DNA of 64,000 nt from an uncultured Nitrospiraceae bacterium (GCA_964447405.1 CAYUSP010000009.1:5815-69814); one strand, 5' to 3'. Counted from the stretch's first letter, positions 41,099-49,611 are shown. A program made the numbers and translations. The notes: generated by a model not told the origin, from the letters alone.

Positions 41099-42961
41099 TT
41101 ACTTCTTCATGATAGCCTCGTTCACATAATTCTTCTTTATTGATGCCGCGGGAACGCGAAAATCGAACCAATCCTTGATCCGATAATCCGTCCCGATGCC
41201 GTGCATGAAATTGTAAACCGCTTTGTTCAGCCCCGATGCAAAGGACACATGGTCGCAGCCGGTGCGGTCCTCATGAACAAGGTCATTCCTGGCGAATCCT
41301 CCTACAGGCTGCTTTAAGATAGTGCATTTAAATTTCGCAGGGTTCCTTCCCACTTCACTGTGAACTGTTGCTGTAAACAAATGCCAGAATGCTGACTGAA
41401 TAAGCCCTTCCTTGAAAAATTGCCGAACAACCTCCAGGCTATCAATGGTCTCTTGTGCGGTCTGGGTCGGGAAACCGTACATCAGATAGGCATGTACCAT
41501 GATACCGGCCTTGTTGAAATTATCGCATGCTTGTGCAGCCTGACGAACAGTCACCCCCTTGTTCATTAATTTCAAAAGCCTGTCAGCGGCTGTTTCCAGT
41601 CCACCGGTCACGGCAATGCACCCTGACGCTGCCAGAAGCCTGCAGAGGTCTTTGGTGAACGCTCGTTCGAACCGGATATTCGTCCACCAGGAGATGTTGA
41701 TCTTTCTCCGGAGAAGCTCCAGGGCAAGCTCCTTCAGGACCGCCGGCGGCGCGGCTTCGTCTACGAAATGAAAACCTGATTGCCCGGTCCGGGCAATGAT
41801 CTGCTCGATCCTGTCTACCAGGACGGCGACAGGAGCAGTTTCATAGCGATTGATGTAGTCGAGAGAGGTGTCGCAGAAAGAACACTTGTGCCAGTAGCAG
41901 CCATGGGCCAGCGTCATCTTGTTCCAGCGGCCATCGCTCCATAGACGGTGCATGGGATTGGCGATCTCGATAAGGGAAAGGTACTTTTCCAGGGGAAGGC
42001 CTGAATAATCAGGGCATCCAATCTCGGCAAAAGAAGGATCGGCCCCTTTGCCATCGACATACTTCACCACTCCCGCTTCCCGCACCAATGTCCGCTTGAG
42101 ATCCCCGGCCTTCAGCTCATTCTTGAGATGCCTCAGGATATTCAAAAAGGGAAGCTCTCCGTCATCAAGGGTGATGTAATCAAAGAAATCGAAGACCGCG
42201 GGATCTGAAAGCTCGCGGAGTTCCGTATTAACGAATCCGCCGCCGGCTATGACCTTTATACGGCCATGATGTTTTTTAAGGTACTGGCCGCATTTCAATG
42301 CACCAAAAAGGTTCCCCGGGAACGGGATGGTTATGCCCACTACATCAGGAGCATGTTCCTTGATATGCGCTTCAAGCAATTCAAGCAGCCAGGTCTCGAT
42401 AATATTTTCTGTTTGCTGCAAGGTCTGTTGGATGGGAGCAAAGGAATGGGCAGACAGACCCAGCTTTTCCGCATACCGGCTGAAACCGAAATTCGGCGTC
42501 ACCGCGTCCTTGATCAGATCGCCCACATCCTCGATATAGAGCGTAGCGAAATACCGCGCCTTGTCGGTCACGCCGATGTTCCCAAAGGACCACTCCAGAT
42601 CAGGCATTTGATCGAACTTCGACGCTCTCGGAAGAAAATGCTCGGCACAGATTCGCTGAGCAAGCGTGTCGTCGCGGTACTGTAAAAAATCCATGACCCG
42701 ATCCACGGTCTGCAGGTAGCCTTGCTTATTGCGCATGATTCGCCGCGAATTCGGGGACAGCTGCTTATTGCTCTTCATCACATTCTCGAAAAGCTCCAGC
42801 AAGCCTTCACGGGTAAATATCCTGTTAATCAGCTCAATTCCGAGATCAGCCTGCAATACCTCGTAGCCGTGCAGTGTTAAGAAACCTTTCAGGTACGGTG
42901 TCGCGGGATAGGGTGTATTGAGCTGGGTGAAGGGCGGCGTAATGAGCAGTGTCTTCAGCAT
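41099..42961 (-). CDS. B12-binding-domain radical SAM protein (class B-like)
   Basis: An N-terminal region with a Rossmann-like B12-binding segment (DVVGITIPF...IKVIAGGGF) is followed by a radical-SAM core with cluster motif GCYWHKCSFC. Confidence 0.8.
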   Translation of the reverse strand: MLKTLLITPPFTQLNTPYPATPYLKGFLTLHGYEVLQADLGIELINRIFTREGLLELFENVMKSNKQLSPNSRRIMRNKQGYLQTVDRVMDFLQYRDDTLAQRICAEHFLPRASKFDQMPDLEWSFGNIGVTDKARYFATLYIEDVGDLIKDAVTPNFGFSRYAEKLGLSAHSFAPIQQTLQQTENIIETWLLELLEAHIKEHAPDVVGITIPFPGNLFGALKCGQYLKKHHGRIKVIAGGGFVNTELRELSDPAVFDFFDYITLDDGELPFLNILRHLKNELKAGDLKRTLVREAGVVKYVDGKGADPSFAEIGCPDYSGLPLEKYLSLIEIANPMHRLWSDGRWNKMTLAHGCYWHKCSFCDTSLDYINRYETAPVAVLVDRIEQIIARTGQSGFHFVDEAAPPAVLKELALELLRRKINISWWTNIRFERAFTKDLCRLLAASGCIAVTGGLETAADRLLKLMNKGVTVRQAAQACDNFNKAGIMVHAYLMYGFPTQTAQETIDSLEVVRQFFKEGLIQSAFWHLFTATVHSEVGRNPAKFKCTILKQPVGGFARNDLVHEDRTGCDHVSFASGLNKAVYNFMHGIGTDYRIKDWFDFRVPAASIKKNYVNEAIMKK

Positions 42962-43068
42962 GGCATTTACCTTTATTCCTGTCCTGGCCGCGCAGTGTGG
43001 ATTGGCATAATCTTACCGGAGTCTGCGGCCTTTAGCAAGTACCACGGAACGCCACCTTTACCCTGATC

Positions 43069-43317
43069 ATGTACGATTTTGCTAAAGCGGAACGGGCACT
43101 GGAACAGATCGGCGCGGAAGATATTCATGAATCATCGGTGTTTCTGGTCGAAACGCCAAACAAGGTGGGAGCGCTCGAACGGGTTGCGAAGCTCATATCC
43201 GATGCATGCATCAATATATATTATTTTTACGGAACAACTAGTACAAGGAAAACGGCGACCTCGGTGATCAAGACGGCTGATGACAAGAAAGCGATCAAGG
43301 TTTTGCAGAAGGCTTAA
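43069..43317 (+). CDS. short ACT-domain protein (82 aa), possibly a truncated gene
   Basis: VFLVETPNKVGALERVAKLISDACINIYYFYG is ACT-like. The ORF begins where tandem-ACT proteins usually have an inter-domain linker, and only ~107 bp lie upstream. Confidence 0.5.
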   Translation: MYDFAKAERALEQIGAEDIHESSVFLVETPNKVGALERVAKLISDACINIYYFYGTTSTRKTATSVIKTADDKKAIKVLQKA

Positions 43318-43378
43318 GAGAAGTGCGGGAGTCCGCTCCCTCCCTGCGCAACAGAGTATAGACCTTCAAATACCTGTT

Positions 43379-43466
43379 TCACACGAAGCCGCAGAGCCCA
43401 CGAAGAAAAGCTTGAATCTGGAATTTTGGATTCTGTCTCTCTTCGTGTCTTCGCGGCTTCGTGTGA
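43379..43466. repeat. compound inverted repeat built from CACGAAG words
   Basis: TCACACGAAGCCGCAGAGCCCACGAAGAAAAG faces CTCTCTTCGTGTCTTCGCGGCTTCGTGTGA, including a 13-bp perfect match CACACGAAGCCGC/GCGGCTTCGTGTG. A small inner hairpin GAATC...GATTC is also present. Confidence 0.8.
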
Positions 43467-43600
43467 TAAAAATGGTTCTGCTTTTATATCCGTCCATGAA
43501 CCGGCCAAGCGAATGAAAATATGGGCAACAAAGCAGACCGGACCCCTACGAGTTCCGGGCGCCACTATGCCGCTGCGCTTCCCTTCCCCGGCATTCCCGA

Positions 43601-44002
43601 CTACGCCTCAACATGGCGCGCGAAGTTGTTGAGAATAGCCTGCCACCCTCCCCGCTGCACTTCGATGGGATTGGTTTCTTCACTATCAAACGTTACGCGG
43701 ACCCTGACGCCATCCGGACTGTCGGCAAACTCGACTCGTGCTGCACGGTCGCCGAAGGAATACTCGATCAGTTCGTGATTTACAATCTTTGTATAGGTCC
43801 CAGCGAAATCAAACCCCATGCTTCCGTCCTTTGCCTCCATACGTGAGGAGAAAGCGCCGCCCACGCGCAGATCCACTGCAGCCTTGGTCGTATGCCAATC
43901 AGCGGACGCAGCATTCCACTGCTTAATGTCCTCTGGTGTCGTGTACGCGCGCCAGACCTCTTCGATAGGCGCCTTGACAAACGTTTCAACGGTGATCTTC
44001 AT
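43601..44002 (-). CDS. SRPBCC / Aha1-like (activator of Hsp90 ATPase homologue 1-like) protein
   Basis: The opening MKITVETFVKAPIEEVWRAYTTPEDIKQW is typical of the family. Confidence 0.8.
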   Translation of the reverse strand: MKITVETFVKAPIEEVWRAYTTPEDIKQWNAASADWHTTKAAVDLRVGGAFSSRMEAKDGSMGFDFAGTYTKIVNHELIEYSFGDRAARVEFADSPDGVRVRVTFDSEETNPIEVQRGGWQAILNNFARHVEA

Positions 44003-44044
44003 AGTGCGCCACCTTTTGAGTTACAACTGCTTTATCGCACCGGA

Positions 44045-44527
44045 TCAGCCCTTATATGCCCGCTCGAGCGTCTTGATGTCGAACTTCTTCATCTTGAGGA
44101 ACGCCTCGGTCACCCGGGCAAGCCGCTCCATGTTCTTGTCCTTCATCATTTTGTCCATGACCGCTGGAACGATCTGCCACGACAAACCGAACTTGTCCTT
44201 GAGCCAGCCGCACTGCTCAGCTTCCGGTACAGCCGAGAGCCTCTCCCAGTAGTAGTCGATCTCCTTCTGGGTCTTGCAGCGGACGATGAATGAGATCGAT
44301 TCGTTGAATTTGAAAAGCGGCCCGGCTGAGAGCAGCATGAACTCCTGCCCCATGAGGTCGATGGTGACGCTCTCCACCGTACCGGACGGCGTGTTAGTGA
44401 GTATCGTCGAGCTCTTGATCTTGGACTTGGGGAACACGGACGTGTAGAACTTCGCAGCCTCCCTGGCCTCCTTGTCGAACCAGAGATGGGGGGTGATTTT
44501 ATGGGTCATTGCGGGTTTCTTCGTCAT
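44045..44527 (-). CDS. VOC-superfamily protein (PhnB / 3-demethylubiquinone-9 methyltransferase-like domain)
   Basis: KITPHLWFDKEAREAAKFYTSVF. ATG 44527 has a strong AAGGAGG RBS. Confidence 0.8.
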   Translation of the reverse strand: MTKKPAMTHKITPHLWFDKEAREAAKFYTSVFPKSKIKSSTILTNTPSGTVESVTIDLMGQEFMLLSAGPLFKFNESISFIVRCKTQKEIDYYWERLSAVPEAEQCGWLKDKFGLSWQIVPAVMDKMMKDKNMERLARVTEAFLKMKKFDIKTLERAYKG

Positions 44528-44752
44528 GTTAGTTCGCCTCCTTCTTTCTGCCACCTTCCCTACTACAAAGCTACGCTTGCTGCAGGGGTCTAATACACAT
44601 TATACCACTGAAGGACCGGCTTAAAATTGCTCTCCCGGCGAGGGACAGGGGGGAGTATGCATCCGCTGGAATGTTTGAGAAGTCGATGTCGTGAGACGGG
44701 CGGAAGGAGCAACTATGAGAAAATGTCAGGGAATCATGTCCGACCCTCTACG

Positions 44753-45274
44753 TTACTTGCCGGGATGTTCGCGCCGAACCATCTGGATAACCTGGTCCAG
44801 TTTCTGCAAAAAGTTTGACCTGTCGCGTTGGGAGAAGGGTGCCGGCCCCCCCGTGATCTCGCCGTTCCCGCGCAGTTCTGCAAGCAGGTTACGGGTTGCG
44901 ACAGCATCTCCGATGTTGTCCTCTGTGAAGGCCTTCCCTGTATAGCCGATCGCGTACGCACCAGCCTTGATGCATCGGCTCGCGAGTAGAACATCAGCCG
45001 TGATCACGATGTCAAGGGGAGTGACATTGGCAACAATCCAGTTGTCGGCCTCATCGACCCCATCGCCGACAACGTGAAGTACGATCCCATCCTCGGCGGG
45101 CACGCGCATCCAGGAGTTGGCCACTAGGGTGACATTGATATGATACCTGGCTGCAACCCGATAGACCTCTTGCTTCACCGGGCATGCGTCAGCATCTACG
45201 AAAATATTCAGCAATCGATATCCTTGATTAACAAACTCAAAAGGATCCCGTGAGGTTGTCTCCAGCCGATCCAT
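44753..45274 (-). CDS. YaiI/YqxD family protein (UPF0178)
   Basis: IFVDADACPVK motif. Confidence 0.8.
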   Translation of the reverse strand: MDRLETTSRDPFEFVNQGYRLLNIFVDADACPVKQEVYRVAARYHINVTLVANSWMRVPAEDGIVLHVVGDGVDEADNWIVANVTPLDIVITADVLLASRCIKAGAYAIGYTGKAFTEDNIGDAVATRNLLAELRGNGEITGGPAPFSQRDRSNFLQKLDQVIQMVRREHPGK

Positions 45275-45431
45275 CGTTGAAGCTCCCTGCAGCAAGCTGC
45301 AGGGAATCTTCGATCCTCAGGGTAGCAATAATTTATTCTAATCGCTCGCTAACCCCGCAGCAAGACTTCGGCGAGCGCAGTCGAGCCGCTACGTGGAAAG
45401 CGCTCGCTCCTGGATTCAAATTCGCTCCCGC

Positions 45432-45980
45432 TCATCGGACTTCCAACTGAGGCTGGATCTTCCGCGGCTTGCGGAAAGCGCGGATGATCATGGGAACGAC
45501 AAGCATCGCAGCAAGAACGATCCACACTGTTGTGTCGGGATCGCGGATGTACTGGTTCAGATTCAACGTCACGATTGCAATGACCGCGTAATACAGCATG
45601 TCCCCGGCGATTGCAAAGACCCAGCCCATAAGGAATCCATGCCCCGCAGCCATCGCCGAGGCCCGTCCGGTCATCGGGTCCACGCCAAAGGAGATCATGA
45701 CGAGGGAAATGGGGCCTGCACCGGTGCCGCTCATGTGTTCCGCGCTCCTGGCCATTGCAATCTTCATCCGCGCGCTGAGGCGGCTGAGGAACGGGACCAG
45801 ACCTACACCCCATGCGACAAGCCGAAGGATTGGTTCAAACGCGAGAGCGAGCAGGATGTCGGAGATCAGATAGAGACCCGCGGTCACGGGCCAGATCAGC
45901 CCCTTATCACGAGCGAGCAGAACACCGGCCGGAATCCCGCCACCGACAGGGATGAGGAAGAGCATCAATACGGAGAGCAT
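45432..45980 (-). CDS. small multidrug-export-like membrane protein (COG2426-type)
   Basis: Polytopic ~180-aa ORF with IPVGGGIPAGVLLA. ATG 45980 is preferred to the track TTG at 45995. Confidence 0.65.
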   Translation of the reverse strand: MLSVLMLFLIPVGGGIPAGVLLARDKGLIWPVTAGLYLISDILLALAFEPILRLVAWGVGLVPFLSRLSARMKIAMARSAEHMSGTGAGPISLVMISFGVDPMTGRASAMAAGHGFLMGWVFAIAGDMLYYAVIAIVTLNLNQYIRDPDTTVWIVLAAMLVVPMIIRAFRKPRKIQPQLEVR

Positions 45981-46071
45981 GGGGGATACTAACAAAAGAG
46001 ACAGGCAAAAGCAATCGGCGAGAGAGTATCGGCGGGGTAGTAGTGTGTGATCGAACGACTACGGATCCAAG
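45935..46071. repeat. direct repeat copy 1 (~135 bp), covering the 5' codons and upstream region of the export-protein gene
   Basis: About 88 percent identical by hand alignment to 48766-48901, in the same orientation. Confidence 0.85.
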
Positions 46072-46190
46072 TGTAACCCCAAAAGCTTTATTAACCACGA
46101 GGCAGATCGATACGTCAGCAAGTCCCACACATAATGTCCCATAATGTCCTAATGTCCCAATAATGACCGTCCTTTAAGGCTCGCGCCGGG

Positions 46191-47423
46191 TTAATGCGTC
46201 AGGCCGCAGCACCGTTTAAACTTTCTGCTGCTTCCGCAGGGACAGGGCTCGTTCCTGCCGACTTTGCTGCTTTGCACAGGCATCGGCGACGGCGCTGTAT
46301 TGGGACGGGCGCTACGAAGCCCTCTGTGCACCCGTCCGATGCAGTCGGCGGCTATCGGTTCAAGTCCGCTGATCAGCACCATGCCTTCTTGCAGCGCTTT
46401 TTCTGGTACGTTGTCAGCCTTCTCCAATTGTTCGACGTACAGCCCGACGCCACCCGTGAGATCCGCAAGATCTCCAAGCGCAGCGGTCACTTCCGAAGAG
46501 AATTTTCTATCATCCATTCCGCCCACGTCGAGCCCCTTGATGAAGTAGTGCACAAAGGCAACCAGGTCCTCGCTTCGTGTCAGCAAGCCGCGGACGCTCA
46601 TCGGGTATTTCGTAGGAGGAAAAAGGAAGTCCTTGCCATGCGGGTCCCATCCGGCGATCTTATTCCAGAGCGTTATGAGCTTATCAAGAAGTGCCCGGGC
46701 TTCCTGCTCGGAATCGAAGACGGCATCCTTCGGATCGAAGATCAGGGGAAGAAAGCGGGACGGCATGACCATCGTTGGCGCGGCTGCGCAGCCATAAAAC
46801 AGGCCGTAGATCTCGTGCAGCGTATGGTCCACGCCGATCTTCCGAAGGGACCTCGTGATCACCCCGAGATCGTCCGGCTCGCGCCGCGGCAATTCGTCTC
46901 CTGTCCGGTTTTTGTCCCTGAACAGACGCGCCAGTGCTTCTTCCGAATGAAGCCACTCAAGGTTTCGCTGCGGCGTTTCATTCGCCTTCCGGACGTCCCT
47001 TGCCAGGTGGAGAGACTTGACGCCGCCTGCCTCGGGGACGTAGTACTCGTACTGTTTCGCAAGATCGTTCATGTTCCCGATCAGACGTTTGCTCACGGTC
47101 ACGGTGAATTCGATCTGCTCATACTCTTGCAGAACCCGTACGATGTCGGCCGGCTCGACCCATTCCGATTCGAGGGCTTGCCGCAGGCCGTCGATGAAAG
47201 CCTGGCGGAATATCCCGGAATTGCCTCTAAACGACCAGGGCAGGATAAAGGAATAGAGCGTCTTTTCGTTCATCACGAGCACGCATTTCTCCCGCTCGAT
47301 CCTGAGAATATTGGCATACCAGTTGCCCAGGAGCGTGTCAGCAGGCCGGATCTCGGCGATCATCGCTTCGCTCAGGCCAAGTTCATCGAGCAATTTTCGT
47401 GTGCAGCGGATCTGAAGCGCCAT
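46191..47423 (-). CDS. SEC-C motif protein with a YecA/UPF0149-like middle domain and an uncharacterised N-domain
   Basis: C-terminal NEPCPCGSSRKFKRCCG, central IYGLFYGCAAAP (YecA-like) and an N-terminal region with LLGNWYANIL. Confidence 0.8.
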   Translation of the reverse strand: MALQIRCTRKLLDELGLSEAMIAEIRPADTLLGNWYANILRIEREKCVLVMNEKTLYSFILPWSFRGNSGIFRQAFIDGLRQALESEWVEPADIVRVLQEYEQIEFTVTVSKRLIGNMNDLAKQYEYYVPEAGGVKSLHLARDVRKANETPQRNLEWLHSEEALARLFRDKNRTGDELPRREPDDLGVITRSLRKIGVDHTLHEIYGLFYGCAAAPTMVMPSRFLPLIFDPKDAVFDSEQEARALLDKLITLWNKIAGWDPHGKDFLFPPTKYPMSVRGLLTRSEDLVAFVHYFIKGLDVGGMDDRKFSSEVTAALGDLADLTGGVGLYVEQLEKADNVPEKALQEGMVLISGLEPIAADCIGRVHRGLRSARPNTAPSPMPVQSSKVGRNEPCPCGSSRKFKRCCGLTH

Positions 47424-47436
47424 GTGGACACAATCC

Positions 47437-47694
47437 TTATTCGGGAAGCTTCGGCAGGCTGTTCAACGTCTTAACGAAACGGTCTTGATTAAAATGCTCG
47501 CCCCTCTTCAAAATATAATAGGTCTCCGCGGCGATCGCGGCCCCTAGCAAGTCTTTCGCCTCTGCTTCCGGATGCCCCTCCCGAAGCAGCCGTTCATAGG
47601 TCTGACGTGTCTCCGGCGGCTCATTGTCGCGGAGCTGCTTCTCCACCGCTTCAAGGAAAGCAGCACGAAGGCGGGGATTGAACTTTTCAGGCAT
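47437..47694 (-). CDS. small helical hypothetical protein (85 aa)
   Basis: Coding-like composition. It lies 14 nt upstream of the SEC-C gene on the same strand. No family recognised. Confidence 0.5.
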   Translation of the reverse strand: MPEKFNPRLRAAFLEAVEKQLRDNEPPETRQTYERLLREGHPEAEAKDLLGAAIAAETYYILKRGEHFNQDRFVKTLNSLPKLPE

Positions 47695-47803
47695 GGCATC
47701 CTCCGGAACTTCCTGGCCCCATACAAGCTTTGATCAATGTGTTGCCGATGGTAACGGTCAAGAAGGTGATAGTAACCCTGGTAAGAATGGTAAATCGTAA
47801 AGA

Positions 47804-47986
47804 TTAAGCAGCGTTTGCGTTGTTATCCCTATCAATACTATAGACAAAGAATCCGCAGAAATCGCAATAATATGTCCCAATGATTATCGTCTGTATCTTG
47901 TCGTCTTTGCTAGCAATTGTCCGCAATGTGACAGTTTCGCTCAAATTTGCAACCCTTCTGCAGAGGGGACAATATTCTCCTGGCAT
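47804..47986 (-). CDS. small zinc-ribbon protein (60 aa)
   Basis: CPLC...CDFC pairs. GGAGG lies 7 nt upstream of the ATG, and the gene starts 20 nt after the vapC stop. Confidence 0.5.
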   Translation of the reverse strand: MPGEYCPLCRRVANLSETVTLRTIASKDDKIQTIIIGTYYCDFCGFFVYSIDRDNNANAA

Positions 47987-48005
47987 ACCCGACCTCCGAA
48001 TCCGA

Positions 48006-48407
48006 TCAAACGCTCCAGTCCACGAGCTTTAGATTCTTTATCTGCTTAAACTCTTTGGTGTTATTCGTAACGAGGGTCACGCCAAGCGCGTGAGCGTGAG
48101 CGCCTATCAGCATGTCCATGGATCCGATGGGCCTCCCTGCTCTTTCAAGATCTGCACGGATCGCTCCGTACTCCTGTGCCGCTTTTTCATCGAAGTCCGC
48201 GACTTCAAGAGGGAGAATGAACTCATCAAGGGCTTGCTGGTTCTTTTCGATGTGCAGGCTTTTGGACACACCATAACGAAGTTCCGCAAGGGTGATGGAA
48301 GAAATACCGATATCGCCGATAGCATGAGATTTAAAATGTTTAAGCACTTTGGCGGGATTTTGCTTGATAAGGTAAATGCAGATATTCGTATCCAGCATAT
48401 ACTTCAT
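48006..48407 (-). CDS. vapC: type II toxin, PIN-domain ribonuclease
   Basis: MKYMLDTNICIYLIK and conserved acidic residues. It overlaps vapB by 1 nt. Confidence 0.9.
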   Translation of the reverse strand: MKYMLDTNICIYLIKQNPAKVLKHFKSHAIGDIGISSITLAELRYGVSKSLHIEKNQQALDEFILPLEVADFDEKAAQEYGAIRADLERAGRPIGSMDMLIGAHAHALGVTLVTNNTKEFKQIKNLKLVDWSV

Positions 48408-48634
48408 CAGAAGTCCTCCCGCTTTTGCATCTTTGGCTGTTTCCGCTCAACCATGAAGTCATCGGAGAATTTATCGAGGCTGTGAATCAGAGTATCCCAT
48501 GAGTTCTTTGTCGGGATCAGCACCACGACGTTCCCCGATTTTTTAACAAACACGTGGTCATCCTCGAAACGGAATTCCTTGGGCAGACGAACAGCCTGGC
48601 TTTGTCCGTTTTGAAATAGCTTTGCGGTCTTCAT
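48407..48634 (-). CDS. vapB: type II antitoxin, AbrB/SpoVT-type
   Basis: AKLFQNGQSQAVRLPKEFRF swapped-hairpin motif. Confidence 0.9.
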   Translation of the reverse strand: MKTAKLFQNGQSQAVRLPKEFRFEDDHVFVKKSGNVVVLIPTKNSWDTLIHSLDKFSDDFMVERKQPKMQKREDF

Positions 48635-48645
48635 TACACACCTCC

Positions 48646-48691
48646 GTATAGTCTATACCGGTAATATATACTATTTAACACTGGATTGCAA
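48646..48691 (-). promoter_or_regulatory. vapBC promoter with a palindromic operator
   Basis: The minus strand reads TTGCAA, 17 nt, then TATATT. The perfect palindrome GTATAG-T-CTATAC (48646-48658) sits over the predicted start site. GGAGG lies before the ATG. Confidence 0.55.
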
Positions 48692-48765
48692 AAGGTTTTT
48701 AGGTGATTGCAGCAAGATCGGCGGGGAATGTACAAAGTCTAACATTATAGACCTGACCCTATCGC

Positions 48766-48901
48766 CTCCGCCGCCGACAGGGATGAGGAAGAGAATTAAT
48801 ACGGAGAGCATGGGGGATACTAACAAAAGAAACCGGCAAATGCAATCGGCGAGAGACTATCGATAGGGAGTAGCGTGTGATCGAACAACTACAGGTTCAA
48901 G
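48766..48901. repeat. direct repeat copy 2, containing a 5' fragment of an export-protein gene (MLSVLILFLIPVGGG...)
   Basis: See copy 1. The reading frame loses similarity after about 16 codons. Confidence 0.85.
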
Positions 48902-49009
48902 CTTGCTCCTCTACCGTCCTTAACTAGTTATGCAACATAGGAAACAACGTCCCTAAGTTTCTGTTGCTGCAGGTGGCACCATCAGATAACTGGAAGGTTC
49001 GTCGCGTAT

Positions 49010-49033
49010 CAACGTCCCCTATGTTCCCCTATC
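49010..49033 (+). repeat. left inverted repeat at the edge of the AT-richer island
   Basis: CAACGTCCCCTATGTTCCCCTATC matches the reverse complement of 53481-53505 at 18 of the first 20 positions. Confidence 0.55.
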
Positions 49034-49421
49034 TCATATTTCGCGGATCAACGGTATCTGGTAAGCAAAGGAATTCTTCCAATATTGTATTATTCATTTT
49101 CCCTTGTTCATCTAATAGCGTAACAATCGTGGCACCTGATGTGTTTTTAATATTTACTTCATGGCGTGCTATTTTGCGGCCATCTTTCACAAGGAATCTC
49201 CATGGTTCGGTAGCTTTATTAGCTTCAGCTTCAAGTTCCTCAACACAATGCTTTTTGTCATCGAATGCTGATTTTATTTGCCATGCTTCTCTATCTTTAA
49301 ATAGTTCAGGTATTGTTGATCTTGCCTTATTCCAGAGAATCCAGGTATCGGCAGCTTCAACGTAACTAAAGAGCGACAGTACAAGTGATGCAATTAATAA
49401 AAAATAGCTTGCGCAGCTCAT
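49029..49421 (-). CDS. small secreted protein (130 aa), unknown function
   Basis: Signal peptide MSCASYFLLIASLVLSLFSYVEA. The mature part has a normal globular composition with 2 Cys. Confidence 0.6.
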   Translation of the reverse strand: MSCASYFLLIASLVLSLFSYVEAADTWILWNKARSTIPELFKDREAWQIKSAFDDKKHCVEELEAEANKATEPWRFLVKDGRKIARHEVNIKNTSGATIVTLLDEQGKMNNTILEEFLCLPDTVDPRNMR

Positions 49422-49426
49422 TACAG

Positions 49427-49543
49427 TTACCCCCTCCAAGATGTCATTGTTCCGTCAAGGTTATCGATGGGAGTCGCGCTCACTGCCCCGCTCATCCCGA
49501 TCAGCATCCAAGCGGTCGTCAGTCCAATCAATATGATTCTCAT
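49427..49543 (-). CDS. unlisted 38-aa ORF with a signal peptide and a ~15-aa mature peptide
   Basis: AGGAGA lies 7 nt upstream of the ATG. The product is MRIILIGLTTAWMLIGMSGAVSA/TPIDNLDGTMTSWRG. The stop is 5 nt before the next gene's ATG. It is below the 60-aa cutoff of the ORF track. Confidence 0.4.
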   Translation of the reverse strand: MRIILIGLTTAWMLIGMSGAVSATPIDNLDGTMTSWRG

Positions 49544-49611
49544 TTTACGTTTCTCCTATTTGCCACGGCCATAAAAAGCTTCTCATGTATTGCTGATGTA
49601 TCTCACATTAT

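Noticed and set aside
48964-49365. 133-aa plus-strand ORF overlapping the 130-aa secreted-protein gene.
   Set aside because: Its translation is Ser-rich and featureless. The minus-strand frame has a signal peptide, normal composition and translational coupling with its neighbours.
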